Origin: a virus
Lineage: Duplodnaviria; Caudoviricetes
Virus record (IMG/VR): IMGVR_UViG_3300042997_002652
Location: 128,001 to 192,000 of that record
Direction: 5' to 3' (one strand)
Length of the DNA stretch: 64,000 nt
Shown: one piece after another, positions 52,225 to 62,133 of the stretch
How positions within the stretch are numbered: position 1 is the stretch's first letter
How the letters are laid out: every line of letters starts with the position of its first letter
Made by a program: the position numbers and the translations under genes
The notes under the pieces: generated by a model
The model's database searches: none
What the model was told of the DNA's origin: nothing
Seen by the model: the letters and a program-made list of their open reading frames with translations, nothing else

Positions 52225-53277
52225 TCAGAAGAAATCACCCAAATTATCTGAATTTCTTCGTATGTTAATAGCAGTTGCTCCTGGATATGGGTTTAACTCA
52301 TTATAATCGTTGATCAATATTCGCGCAGAATCATTTAAATTCATTAATAGTTGAAAGTCGTTAAAACCCAGAGACTTTAACATCTGATGTGTAATATCTC
52401 TAACAGATTCAGGTCTAGAGGTTGTAAAGATTATCTGAGATCCCTGATCCTGCATTTTCAAAACAGTACCGACATTATTATTGAGAGGTACCGGCACACT
52501 GTCGTAATTATCAACCCCGTAACGTTGTTGATGTTTAATAATAGTTCCGTCAATATCACAGAATACAACAGGTTTATTATTATGTTCTAACCAATCATAC
52601 ATCGTACTTATATCAATATAATCAGTTGTATCTACTATAAAAAAAGGTTGATTAGCTGACAACATATATCGTACAACATCACTAATAAATATTTCATTGT
52701 TTTCTTGTAAATTAGAATATTTTATATCCTGCACCGCTGTTCTGAAATAATGTGCCTGTTGGAACTTATAACCCCCTGTACAATAAGTATCAGATAATAC
52801 CCGTTTTTCTGATATTTTTTGCACAAATCCAGTATCATTGAATGATACATAACTTTTATTAACAGGACTATTTACCGTTAATTTTTTATTAAAGGTAGAG
52901 ACACATAAATAATGTCCTTCAACTATTTCATGCTTGAAAAAACTATCACAATCTTTTACTAGTATAGGACTAGCCATGGAAATTTGTGCAAGTTCTATTA
53001 TTGCATCAACGGTGTCGGCCGGTCCCGAAGTTTGGTCAGGTACTATTACTAAATTTATTAAATTTCCGAATTCATGTTGTATAAAATCTTTTATATTAAA
53101 CTTCTGTTCGTGTTCGGCAAGAACACCTATATGTATTTTATATTTGGTCAAATAAGGTTCAACCGCTCTGAAGAGCATACTTTTGCCTGCATAATCATAT
53201 AACATAAATTTAGGTTTGTCCTCGGGAAACCGAGTTACTAACTCAGTTGCCGGCACTGCCGGCACTATTATTTCCAT
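52225..53277 (-). CDS. nucleotidyltransferase-like domain fused to HAD domain
   Basis: TRFP..KP, DCD; C-terminal FCDIDGT, TSRP, INDY. Confidence 0.75.
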   Translation of the reverse strand: MEIIVPAVPATELVTRFPEDKPKFMLYDYAGKSMLFRAVEPYLTKYKIHIGVLAEHEQKFNIKDFIQHEFGNLINLVIVPDQTSGPADTVDAIIELAQISMASPILVKDCDSFFKHEIVEGHYLCVSTFNKKLTVNSPVNKSYVSFNDTGFVQKISEKRVLSDTYCTGGYKFQQAHYFRTAVQDIKYSNLQENNEIFISDVVRYMLSANQPFFIVDTTDYIDISTMYDWLEHNNKPVVFCDIDGTIIKHQQRYGVDNYDSVPVPLNNNVGTVLKMQDQGSQIIFTTSRPESVRDITHQMLKSLGFNDFQLLMNLNDSARILINDYNELNPYPGATAINIRRNSDNLGDFF

Positions 53278-54743
53278 ACTCTGTTCATTTCCTCTAATAA
53301 CATTTTTTGTTCAATTGTTCCCTTCTGTGAATATTTATATACCCGTAATAATATTAGAATATAAAGATAGTCATTAAATGCTTCAGGAAACGCAATAACA
53401 AGTTCTTGTTTGATTGCAGATAATTTCAAATTGAATTCATTTTTATTTTCGTGTCTAATAAACCATTTACCGTCAAGATCATGTCGCAACTTAACTATAT
53501 CAAATATCCAGGAATTATATGCATTGGAATCAGGGTCTATCATGTAAAAGTTGGGTTCCTTATATATAATGTTGTTTAATGTAAAGTCGCCGTGGCAGAA
53601 ACCAGATGGTAGAATTTTAGGCAATTTATTTAAAAGTTCGGTGATAGTAAAGGGTAATTTATTATCGTTCTTGAAACAATCTAACTGATTTTTATATATT
53701 AATGTATAATTCTTTTCTTGAGTATTTATATTTTTAAATCTGTTCATGGTATCAATAACAAAATTTACAAATTTATGAATATTATCTAACTTTATAAAAG
53801 TTTTCATGTCGTATCCAGATATATATTCCATGTCAAGAACATTTTCTTCTTTATCTATAATTTTAGGAACTAAAAAGTTATTCTGATTCAATAATATTAA
53901 TTTTTCATAATTTCTTTCTATATTATCTATTTTTCGTATAATAAAATCATTAAGACTTTTAATCATTAGCACTTTACTTCCAGAAAGTCCAGAAAACTCT
54001 TTTATAATCGTATCTTGAGAATTTAGTGATCTATACCATTTGTCAGAATCTTTGCTAGCTATTTCAAAATCAATATGCGGTTTGTTTCTAGAATTGGGCC
54101 TAACAATACAAATCTGTTTTCCTACCCCTTTTATTGTTTTCGGTGCATATTTAAAGATTTTAGATATTTTTTTTGCTAACCAAACATGTATATCTACCGT
54201 ATTATGTAATTCGCTTACAGGAAGATTTATTAATTTAATAATACTTTCATACTTTCCTATTATCATCTGATCCTGTATCCACATATGTACTACAGATTCG
54301 GTAGTGAATGTGTATATACGATCTTCATTCATTTCATTTATTTCATTTAACCATTCAAAAAAATGCGCAACATTAACATCATATTTAAAATACAAATCCG
54401 GTCTAATAATCAGACATACATCATATTTTATGTTTGATACTTTAACAAGTGCTATTCCTGCCATCCATCTATTAATCATTCTATGATTATTATTTTTACA
54501 TGCTATATTACATGTTATAGCACTTCCTATATCAACACCTTTACAATTAGGTATAAGTCGTCTAATATTATATTCAGTTACGGTTTCATCGACATGAATG
54601 TTCAATTTATCATTGTGTTGTTTTGTAGTTTCCCAAGTTGAAAAATAAACATCTACGTCAGGATTGTCTAAAAACTTCCAAGATTTGTGTGCAATCTCAA
54701 ACTCTCTAAAAGCACCGGAGATTAACACAGCTATTTTTGTCAC
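53268..54743 (-). CDS. KIAxxxSGxxR GT-like domain fused to APH-like kinase
   Basis: KIAVLISGAFR...RPD; HGDFTLNN, MIDP, DIVKL. Confidence 0.75.
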   Translation of the reverse strand: MTKIAVLISGAFREFEIAHKSWKFLDNPDVDVYFSTWETTKQHNDKLNIHVDETVTEYNIRRLIPNCKGVDIGSAITCNIACKNNNHRMINRWMAGIALVKVSNIKYDVCLIIRPDLYFKYDVNVAHFFEWLNEINEMNEDRIYTFTTESVVHMWIQDQMIIGKYESIIKLINLPVSELHNTVDIHVWLAKKISKIFKYAPKTIKGVGKQICIVRPNSRNKPHIDFEIASKDSDKWYRSLNSQDTIIKEFSGLSGSKVLMIKSLNDFIIRKIDNIERNYEKLILLNQNNFLVPKIIDKEENVLDMEYISGYDMKTFIKLDNIHKFVNFVIDTMNRFKNINTQEKNYTLIYKNQLDCFKNDNKLPFTITELLNKLPKILPSGFCHGDFTLNNIIYKEPNFYMIDPDSNAYNSWIFDIVKLRHDLDGKWFIRHENKNEFNLKLSAIKQELVIAFPEAFNDYLYILILLRVYKYSQKGTIEQKMLLEEMNRVWK

Positions 54744-55477
54744 AGTAAATCTTTGTTAGAGAAAAGCTCATTTTTATTTATATGATCCAATAAATGATGT
54801 GCCCAAGCCTTATGCGCTTTTTCTAGAGGATGTAATCTAGGCCCTATCTCAAATCCATGCATGTGCGTGAATTGGGCGAACGATATGTCATCATAATATC
54901 TAGGTTTGTATATTTGATTAACTACGCTGGCTGGCACACTTTCTGTAGTTATCATTTTCTCGTATTTATTACCCATAGATGATGTTAATAAATACGGTAT
55001 TTTATTTTTCATTAAGAAATGTTGCAAACCGAGAACATGTAACATATCACTCATGTATATTCCTTTATTATCTTTTACTATGTTAATAAATAACTCCCAC
55101 AATTTATACAAATCAGAAGATTTATCGCCCGGAGGAAATGTATACATGAACGGGAACCAGTTTGTGTCTATATAAAATTCTCTTCTATATGCATGTGTCA
55201 AACTTATATTAACAAATATTTTTTCAGGTGCGTATTTTTCTAATGCCTGTGTTATATTTGTTATTGTTTTTCTATAGGCTCTTTCATTTGATCCTCCCGG
55301 TAATGCTTTATTGACATATTGTTTTAATCCCGGGATAGTATCAGCCATGATACCCGAATAACATTTCTTTCTATGGTATAACGTGAAATCGTATACATCA
55401 CGAGTTTGTAATCTAGGATATCCTAATTCTTGCCCAAATGCAAATGAGTCTCCGGATATGTAAAAATATTCTATCAT
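54740..55477 (-). CDS. SGNH/GDSL-like hydrolase or acetyltransferase
   Basis: GDSFAFG, GGSN, HP...H; start at ATGA overlap. Confidence 0.6.
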   Translation of the reverse strand: MIEYFYISGDSFAFGQELGYPRLQTRDVYDFTLYHRKKCYSGIMADTIPGLKQYVNKALPGGSNERAYRKTITNITQALEKYAPEKIFVNISLTHAYRREFYIDTNWFPFMYTFPPGDKSSDLYKLWELFINIVKDNKGIYMSDMLHVLGLQHFLMKNKIPYLLTSSMGNKYEKMITTESVPASVVNQIYKPRYYDDISFAQFTHMHGFEIGPRLHPLEKAHKAWAHHLLDHINKNELFSNKDLL

Positions 55478-56214
55478 ACCTGATAATACCTCATATGGTT
55501 CATACATATATCTCCGTATTTGATTATAGAATCTGCCGGTATACATTCTTTTCTATAAACAACTTCACCAGCATTGCTGTTTTTCATATACACGATGTTA
55601 TATTTATTGCAATAGTCGTGCAGTATTACCCCGGGGCCTAAATATGATAAATCATCAGTCGTACTAATAATATGACGATAAACGTCAGTAACTACATCTA
55701 TGCAATATGATGATCCGTAAAAAAACACATCTGATAAGTTTGTTCGGTTGAACTCCGTTTTCATTCTATCTGCATGATTTATATATAAATCTAGTGTATG
55801 GTTTGGTTGCTTAAAAATAAAATTAGATGCAGGGTCAAATATTGAATCATATCTAGCTCTAACTACGCAATCATATCTAAAATTATTCCTTATTTCGTAT
55901 TGTTTTTTCAAATTGTTTGCCATCATCATACTATAAAATAAACTATGCCATGGGCCCTCGGTTGGGCAGTCCTGCTTGCTTTCTATTAATGTTAATTTAG
56001 GATCATATTTATTCAATACTATTTGTAGATCATCTCTGTTAACTAGCTCGTCTTCTGACCAATAAACAAAATCTTTCTTCATTTTCCATGTGTTATAATC
56101 CCAAGCATGACAGAAATAATCAGTTTCATAATCTCCACTGAAATAATTTTGTATAGACTTTAATGTAAATTCCGCAGTCCTAGATTGCCCGCTTAAACAA
56201 ACAGCTATTTTCAT
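55474..56214 (-). CDS. glycosyltransferase-like protein (KIAVCLSGQSR family)
   Basis: KIAVCLSGQ.R, D.F.H.W, YD.V.R.RYD, D..FYG. Confidence 0.65.
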   Translation of the reverse strand: MKIAVCLSGQSRTAEFTLKSIQNYFSGDYETDYFCHAWDYNTWKMKKDFVYWSEDELVNRDDLQIVLNKYDPKLTLIESKQDCPTEGPWHSLFYSMMMANNLKKQYEIRNNFRYDCVVRARYDSIFDPASNFIFKQPNHTLDLYINHADRMKTEFNRTNLSDVFFYGSSYCIDVVTDVYRHIISTTDDLSYLGPGVILHDYCNKYNIVYMKNSNAGEVVYRKECIPADSIIKYGDICMNHMRYYQV

Positions 56215-56675
56215 CTGGTTATATGCACCATTGGTATTTTTATACTTTTTATATGATAGAAGAATCTAGTAGCATCGGTCATGTCCCAACTAGAATCAAT
56301 CTTATTAAAGATGAATTCACATAACCTATCAAAAACTAGTGAATTTGCATAAAATCCACTAGGAGATATCCCTTTTTTATAGCTGTTATCATAAAAAACG
56401 TTATTTAAATAGTAGATTTTATTATCTATTTCATGTTTAAAATTTAAATTGTTTAACAAATGTACGTCTTCACATTGTAGCGCAATACAAATATCAAAAT
56501 TATTTTTATGATATATTTCATACTGTCGTTTTTGATTAGCGGTAAGCCACATACTAGTATATTGACATTTATCAGATACAGCAAAAGTTTCTATACGATA
56601 ATCCTTTTCACTGAGACTTATATCATTCTTGATTGGTGTATTACCGAACACACATAGAGCTATATTTTTAATCAT
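56211..56675 (-). CDS. shortened paralog of the preceding gene
   Basis: NIALCVFG, NQKRQYE....NFD matches NLKKQYE....FRYD. Confidence 0.6.
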   Translation of the reverse strand: MIKNIALCVFGNTPIKNDISLSEKDYRIETFAVSDKCQYTSMWLTANQKRQYEIYHKNNFDICIALQCEDVHLLNNLNFKHEIDNKIYYLNNVFYDNSYKKGISPSGFYANSLVFDRLCEFIFNKIDSSWDMTDATRFFYHIKSIKIPMVHITR

Positions 56676-58252
56676 GATGATCTCACAATCAAATTTTCTC
56701 TTTTATTTTTACACATTATATAAAAATCTCTATATTCAGGAAACACTTCTAAAAAATCTGATTCATTTCTGGTATCTATTTCATTTATGTAGTCATGAAA
56801 TTTAGCATAGATCAGAGCAGTTTTGTTAGGGTCTGATTGTAATGTCTTTTGGAAATGCATTATTTGCAAACACACTCTTTTAAATTTTTCAATCTCATAT
56901 GGTTCAAATCCTTGAAAGGAACCCCATATAGTACCGGCCATGTTTCCTGACATAAAATTCATAGCCGGTATCAGATACTTCTGTATCAAATCCGGAGTAG
57001 CATATTGCGCATCTAATACTTCAGGATATCGTAAGTATGGAGTATCTATTCCGACTACGTTCATATGGTCTGGATTTTTTGCATTCCTAGTGACAAATGA
57101 ATCTCCGGAGTCTGGTATAACAAACCCCGTTTCTAATTCCCATACCGTACCTGCACTATCAGGATTATACCTTTTCTTTAACTCTAATTGCCATTTCAGC
57201 AAATCTATAAATGTCGTTAAGCTTAGTAGGTTAAAAGTACACATAGTAGTTACTCTTATATTACCAATATCTAGAAGTTGTATATATCGTTGTTTAAATA
57301 ACTCTATATCTAATCCAGGTCGCAAATATTCTGCCTGCTTCCCCCATGCGTCCAGGCTAGTATATACTGTAAACTTTTTTACCGATTTGTTTTTAACTAA
57401 CTGTTCTATCTTATTTACAAATTTATCCCAAAGTGCTTCAGGGGCACACAGATTAGTGTTTATATTAAATTCTAATTCTATATTCGGATTTTCTATTAAC
57501 CAGTCGATGCTTCTGTATGTTTCTTTACTTAGTAATGGCTCCCCACCGGTAATACGATATGTTTTAAGTTTAGTATATGCTTGAGGGAACCAATTCCAAA
57601 AAGCATCAATATAAGGATTACATTCGTTGTTTTTATACGTTAGGTTCTCTAAACCTTCTTGATACCCTTGTATCCATTGTTCATGTTTAGTATTCTCCAA
57701 AACTTTAAGAGGACCTAAACGCCTTAGTTCATCTGCCCATTTAGAACTGTACTCCGGGCCGCAATATATACATTTAAAATTACACACATTACTGAAATCT
57801 ACTTCTAAGTACGTAGGGAAAAAATCATCACTGGGATCAGTACTAATTATAGTATCGTGGTTTTCTAGTGCCCATGGCTCCATACTTTTCAAGTATCGGT
57901 CACTAATCTCACCAGTGTCTTCCACTCGCCAGCAGTATTCACATTCTGTGGGTTTTTTATCGGACATCATTTCATGTCTTGCTTTTTTTAAATGCGTAGT
58001 ATTAAATAATGCATTGGGATTATTTTCTAACTCTTCTAGCGGTATTTTATGAGTTTTTGGATGATGACAAGAATGTACTAACCCAGTACCTAAATGTAAA
58101 GTGACTTGAGTAAATTTAGCCAAACAAAATCCACTTCCAGTTTCGTTCAATAAATCTCGTACTTCAAGTATGTTATCTCTATTATTGCGATCTATGTTAC
58201 CCTGTGAGTTCAAATTCCACTGAACTTCTTCAAATGAAGTCATACTTACCAA
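56672..58252 (-). CDS. radical SAM protein with N-terminal Twitch/SPASM-like domain
   Basis: CNFKCIYC (CxxxCxxC), GGEPLL, INTN; N-terminal C...SCHH...CEYC. Confidence 0.88.
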   Translation of the reverse strand: MVSMTSFEEVQWNLNSQGNIDRNNRDNILEVRDLLNETGSGFCLAKFTQVTLHLGTGLVHSCHHPKTHKIPLEELENNPNALFNTTHLKKARHEMMSDKKPTECEYCWRVEDTGEISDRYLKSMEPWALENHDTIISTDPSDDFFPTYLEVDFSNVCNFKCIYCGPEYSSKWADELRRLGPLKVLENTKHEQWIQGYQEGLENLTYKNNECNPYIDAFWNWFPQAYTKLKTYRITGGEPLLSKETYRSIDWLIENPNIELEFNINTNLCAPEALWDKFVNKIEQLVKNKSVKKFTVYTSLDAWGKQAEYLRPGLDIELFKQRYIQLLDIGNIRVTTMCTFNLLSLTTFIDLLKWQLELKKRYNPDSAGTVWELETGFVIPDSGDSFVTRNAKNPDHMNVVGIDTPYLRYPEVLDAQYATPDLIQKYLIPAMNFMSGNMAGTIWGSFQGFEPYEIEKFKRVCLQIMHFQKTLQSDPNKTALIYAKFHDYINEIDTRNESDFLEVFPEYRDFYIMCKNKRENLIVRSS

Positions 58253-59196
58253 CCCTCAATTCGTCTGATTACTTCCATTTCAGTGACTAGTGTGCCTTGA
58301 TTTCTGAAATCTCGCTTGTAGTGTCTTTTGAAAAACTTACTTTGTTCTTTATTTAACGTGTCTACTGGTAAGCCTAGTTTATCATGTAAACTAAAACCTA
58401 GTGTTATTATTTTTAAAGCAGGATCACTGTCTTTATGTTCTTCCCAAAGTGCGGCTATATTATCAAACCATTGTACTGTGGTATGATCCCAATCTGTAAG
58501 CATTGTCATATACGTTCCTAACCTAGCACCATATATAGCCCACATACCGTTGGTAACATCTGCGCCCACGTTATGCCATATAGTCAAGTTGTCTACGTTT
58601 CTCATAGCAACAGTTTCTTTGAATTCATCAACTGTTGGCTTTCTACCCCTGTCTAGTGACATTTTGACACCTTCTCTAAAGCCAGCTCGCCAGGCTTGAA
58701 AAGGTGTGTAGTTTGGATATGTAGTAGAATAAGAATCCCACATAGCGTAATATGAACTGTCAGCATCCATACAAAAATCTACTATGCGTGATACATCACC
58801 TTCAGTTTGATTTTCATGCGTCTTCATATTAGCAACGTATTCTTTTGTCCAAGAACTAATACCACCGTTGCCGTATCTTAATCCGTTTATAGCGTTTATA
58901 GCTTTCCATCTAAACTGAGCATTCTTAAATTTATCATCTTTGCCAGTAAAGTCAAGTTGTAAGTTAAAGAAAGATTCTTCGGGTAAGTTGTCACCGTCAA
59001 TCAAAATAAATCTATCAGTGTCACTCATTTCGCCTGCTGCTTTGTGTGCAGCATCACTGCCCTTCACGCCGTCTACTCGCTTGGCCCAGGGCACCATGTT
59101 CTTTATCTTTAGCCAAAATTCTTCTTTGGCCGGCTCGTCAAAACTTAAATAAATTACATCAAGATCAGCTATATCAATTATATCGTTAGAGTTCAT
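58246..59196 (-). CDS. glycosyltransferase-like protein
   Basis: DVIYLSFDE, GVKG..AAH, IDGD (DxD), AWRAGFRE. Confidence 0.7.
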   Translation of the reverse strand: MNSNDIIDIADLDVIYLSFDEPAKEEFWLKIKNMVPWAKRVDGVKGSDAAHKAAGEMSDTDRFILIDGDNLPEESFFNLQLDFTGKDDKFKNAQFRWKAINAINGLRYGNGGISSWTKEYVANMKTHENQTEGDVSRIVDFCMDADSSYYAMWDSYSTTYPNYTPFQAWRAGFREGVKMSLDRGRKPTVDEFKETVAMRNVDNLTIWHNVGADVTNGMWAIYGARLGTYMTMLTDWDHTTVQWFDNIAALWEEHKDSDPALKIITLGFSLHDKLGLPVDTLNKEQSKFFKRHYKRDFRNQGTLVTEMEVIRRIEGW

Positions 59197-59533
59197 ATGT
59201 TATCATTTTCCAATTTGTCGTTGCAATTTTGTGGTTCTTAGATACTACTATGCTAATATCTTCAGCAGCGCACAGCTTTCCTGTGTCGCATGGCATTAAT
59301 TTAGAAACTACTGCGTTAGAAACAACAGTTGTTATTCTTCCGTCTACTACGCGAACATCAGGTCTTGCTTGTGCGAACGTACTATTATCTACAATAATAA
59401 AGTTGCCGGGCAGCTTTTCACATGTGTAACAAATAACTTTACCTTTTTCATCATAGTATAATCTAAACTCAGGAGTACTTATCTTAGGAGCTTCAAATAA
59501 AACAATGTATCCTTCTTCATTTTGTTTTTGCAT
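59186..59533 (-). CDS. hypothetical protein
   Basis: 115 aa in operon. Confidence 0.7.
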   Translation of the reverse strand: MQKQNEEGYIVLFEAPKISTPEFRLYYDEKGKVICYTCEKLPGNFIIVDNSTFAQARPDVRVVDGRITTVVSNAVVSKLMPCDTGKLCAAEDISIVVSKNHKIATTNWKMITYEL

Positions 59534-59535
59534 AG

Positions 59536-60333
59536 TTATTTCAATAGCCTATCAGCAAATGCTTTTTTATGATAGTGAAATGGATACATTTGCGGCACTG
59601 TTTGTACTCTAATTTGATTAGGTAATACTTCATAAACAAAAGTATCTGTCCAATCTTCTGTATACGTACCGTTTATAAACTGTTTCATGTGTATCATACT
59701 CATATCTTTAAACGTAGGTAACGTTGTATTTTCAACACCCAATACGTGACTTGCGATTGCATATGCCCAATCAGTAGTTACTAGTTCATTGGTTTTACAT
59801 TTTAAAATAGCGCGATACTGATCCCAATTATCAAATACATCAAGAACTATACCAAAAAAACGCTTAGCTAAGTCAGACTTCTTGAAGTAAGTGATAGCGT
59901 TATAACAATCAGGTAAACAATTGTCATCAATAAATCGTCTGTATACTCGTACATCTGAAATTTCTTGCTTGTAGTTTCTTATCGTAGTAGATACAACCAA
60001 GTCACGTTCTTTTAAAATATCCCACCAATATGTAATATCTTTTGGTATATACATATCTGCTTCTAATTTGATTGTATATTCGTACGGAGAGGCTAGGTAT
60101 ACTTGCCAATCATTTGATAACTTCCAATCACTATCTGGTTCTAATTCACCGTACGGTAGCTCTACTATGTGATTGAAGTATTTTGCGTAATCACTTACAA
60201 CCAAATCCATTGTTACTAATGTTACAGATTCGTCGGGCATTACTCTTTTAATACTTTTTGCTAATGCAGCGGCACACTTAACATAATCAACTTTGTCGGT
60301 ATTTTGTGCTAAAATTACAAAGCCTCGGTTCAT
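59536..60333 (-). CDS. GT8-like glycosyltransferase
   Basis: RGFVILA, Y.ASPY..T..LEAD, YFKKS, HMK. Confidence 0.6.
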   Translation of the reverse strand: MNRGFVILAQNTDKVDYVKCAAALAKSIKRVMPDESVTLVTMDLVVSDYAKYFNHIVELPYGELEPDSDWKLSNDWQVYLASPYEYTIKLEADMYIPKDITYWWDILKERDLVVSTTIRNYKQEISDVRVYRRFIDDNCLPDCYNAITYFKKSDLAKRFFGIVLDVFDNWDQYRAILKCKTNELVTTDWAYAIASHVLGVENTTLPTFKDMSMIHMKQFINGTYTEDWTDTFVYEVLPNQIRVQTVPQMYPFHYHKKAFADRLLK

Positions 60334-60980
60334 ATTCGTTCTCGTAACTCAATTAATTTATTATATATCTGTATTTCACTTTTCAAATATTCTTGTATCA
60401 TGTCTACTGTTATTTTAGGTAAGTTATCATATTTTTCAAGAAATTTAATACACGACTTATCTTTTTTATCGGTTATATGTGTATAAGAGATATCTAAAGA
60501 TGATAACATATATTGTAGTTCTTCTAGCTTCCAGATTTGATAAGTTTTATTCTTTGGGATGTGCTGAATAACATCTGTGATTCTTGTTAGCCAATTACTT
60601 ATGTGATACTCCTGACTATAGTCTAGTGCAGAATTTATTACAGAAAGACGATACAAGACAAAAGAGTTTACGTCAATACGATCTGCATCATAAAAATGAT
60701 TTAAATAATGTGTGTTAACACGCCAGTCTTCTAGTATTCCCGATCTAAAGCGTGCCAGAGGGTCTCGTACAACAAAATGTACTTTGTATCCCTGATCAAC
60801 TTTAGATAAAAATTCTGTACTAGTGATACTAGTAGTACGCCAGGTGCGGTCACTGACAGTGTGTAACGTTTTTGAACCACATTTACCGTTAGTAATTACA
60901 ATGTTATCTTTTATGAAATAAAACGGAAATATACTATTACCTATAAAAGAATTAGCATCTAATAACTCAAATATATTCAC
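60330..60980 (-). CDS. sulfotransferase family 2-like protein
   Basis: KCGSKTL (5'-PSB-like), VVRDPLARFRSG (3'-PB-like). Confidence 0.6.
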   Translation of the reverse strand: MNIFELLDANSFIGNSIFPFYFIKDNIVITNGKCGSKTLHTVSDRTWRTTSITSTEFLSKVDQGYKVHFVVRDPLARFRSGILEDWRVNTHYLNHFYDADRIDVNSFVLYRLSVINSALDYSQEYHISNWLTRITDVIQHIPKNKTYQIWKLEELQYMLSSLDISYTHITDKKDKSCIKFLEKYDNLPKITVDMIQEYLKSEIQIYNKLIELRERI

Positions 60981-61777
60981 TTTATTAACTCCATAAAGTC
61001 TTCTTTTACCATTACATGAAAGTCCATATCTTTGATTGTAATATATTCTTTTCTTATTTTACCGCGTTGCCAGTTATCATACATTATAGTAAACTCAGTA
61101 TCTAAAAACTCATTAGAATTTTTAGATATAGGAGTATTCTTTCCTACATGCATCAAGCTCCATGGAATAATATTATCTTGCTGTAAGATATGTCCATTTA
61201 CTAAACGCAATGCTAATGTAAGAGCATAATCATTTCTGAATGTAGTTGAAATGAAACCGTGTATGTTAGCATAATGTTCAAAGTTATGTTGAACCATTTT
61301 TAACGATTCAAATATTTGTTCCGACTTTGTTGTCTTTTTAAACATAACAGCAGTAGCCCAAAGAGTTTCAAAACTAAAAGGACTTAGCATTTCTTGAGGT
61401 AAGTTTGGTTGCATAAAAAACTCTGTATGATCATGACAACAAAAGTCTTTAGAAAAATCAAAAGTCTTTAATAGCTTATCAGAGTTAACCATATAATCCG
61501 TGTCTAGCAAAAGTGTTTCATCATAGGGACTAAACTCATATGCTTTATATCTACCCTTGTTAATCCACTGACCCCAATCTCGTTTATTATTTTTATCGGG
61601 CACAGTAATAATAGTTTTATCAAATTGATAATCAGATTCACGAACGGAATCTTTATCAGTAACTACTGTAACAGGTAAGTTTAAAAAATGATTGATACGT
61701 TTAGCAGTAGCAACTGCCATTTTGTAATAATCATACTTGTCAGAGTTGAACGCGAAAAGAATAGCACCACGAGTCAT
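60977..61777 (-). CDS. GT8-like glycosyltransferase, paralog of 59536-60333
   Basis: RGAILFA, Y.FSPY..T.LLDTD (DxD), RNDYA, HVM. Confidence 0.6.
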   Translation of the reverse strand: MTRGAILFAFNSDKYDYYKMAVATAKRINHFLNLPVTVVTDKDSVRESDYQFDKTIITVPDKNNKRDWGQWINKGRYKAYEFSPYDETLLLDTDYMVNSDKLLKTFDFSKDFCCHDHTEFFMQPNLPQEMLSPFSFETLWATAVMFKKTTKSEQIFESLKMVQHNFEHYANIHGFISTTFRNDYALTLALRLVNGHILQQDNIIPWSLMHVGKNTPISKNSNEFLDTEFTIMYDNWQRGKIRKEYITIKDMDFHVMVKEDFMELIK

Positions 61778-62082
61778 CGCTTAGATTCTAACTCCTGCCA
61801 TTCTTGATACCATTCAAATGTTACTGTTAAATAAACTTCTTTTAATTTTTTCAATAGTTCTTCTCTTTCTACCCGTAACGGATTTCCAAAAGTGTCTATT
61901 AAAATTAGATTTTTTAAACCGGAAAAAGAATTTAGTGTAGAAATCGTTTGTTGATCTGCTTTCCAAAGTCCACCTTGATCTGCTACAATAAGTTTAGCTT
62001 CGTATTTTTCTTTAAGGTATGCTTTGGCTGAGTTGTGTGCGAAACGTGCTTTTACATCTGAAATTAACGTATCAGTATTCAT
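61774..62082 (-). CDS. hypothetical protein
   Basis: 102 aa, GGAGA SD, TAAATA at 62106-62101. Confidence 0.75.
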   Translation of the reverse strand: MNTDTLISDVKARFAHNSAKAYLKEKYEAKLIVADQGGLWKADQQTISTLNSFSGLKNLILIDTFGNPLRVEREELLKKLKEVYLTVTFEWYQEWQELESKR

Positions 62083-62133
62083 CTTGTGTTCTCCTACGAG
62101 TATTTAGATGAATACTGATCGTGTGTTAAATTA

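Noticed and set aside
37729-57584. Long plus-strand ORFs 37729-38247 and 56940-57584 and similar short ones
   Set aside because: Fully antisense to well-supported genes, with no motifs.
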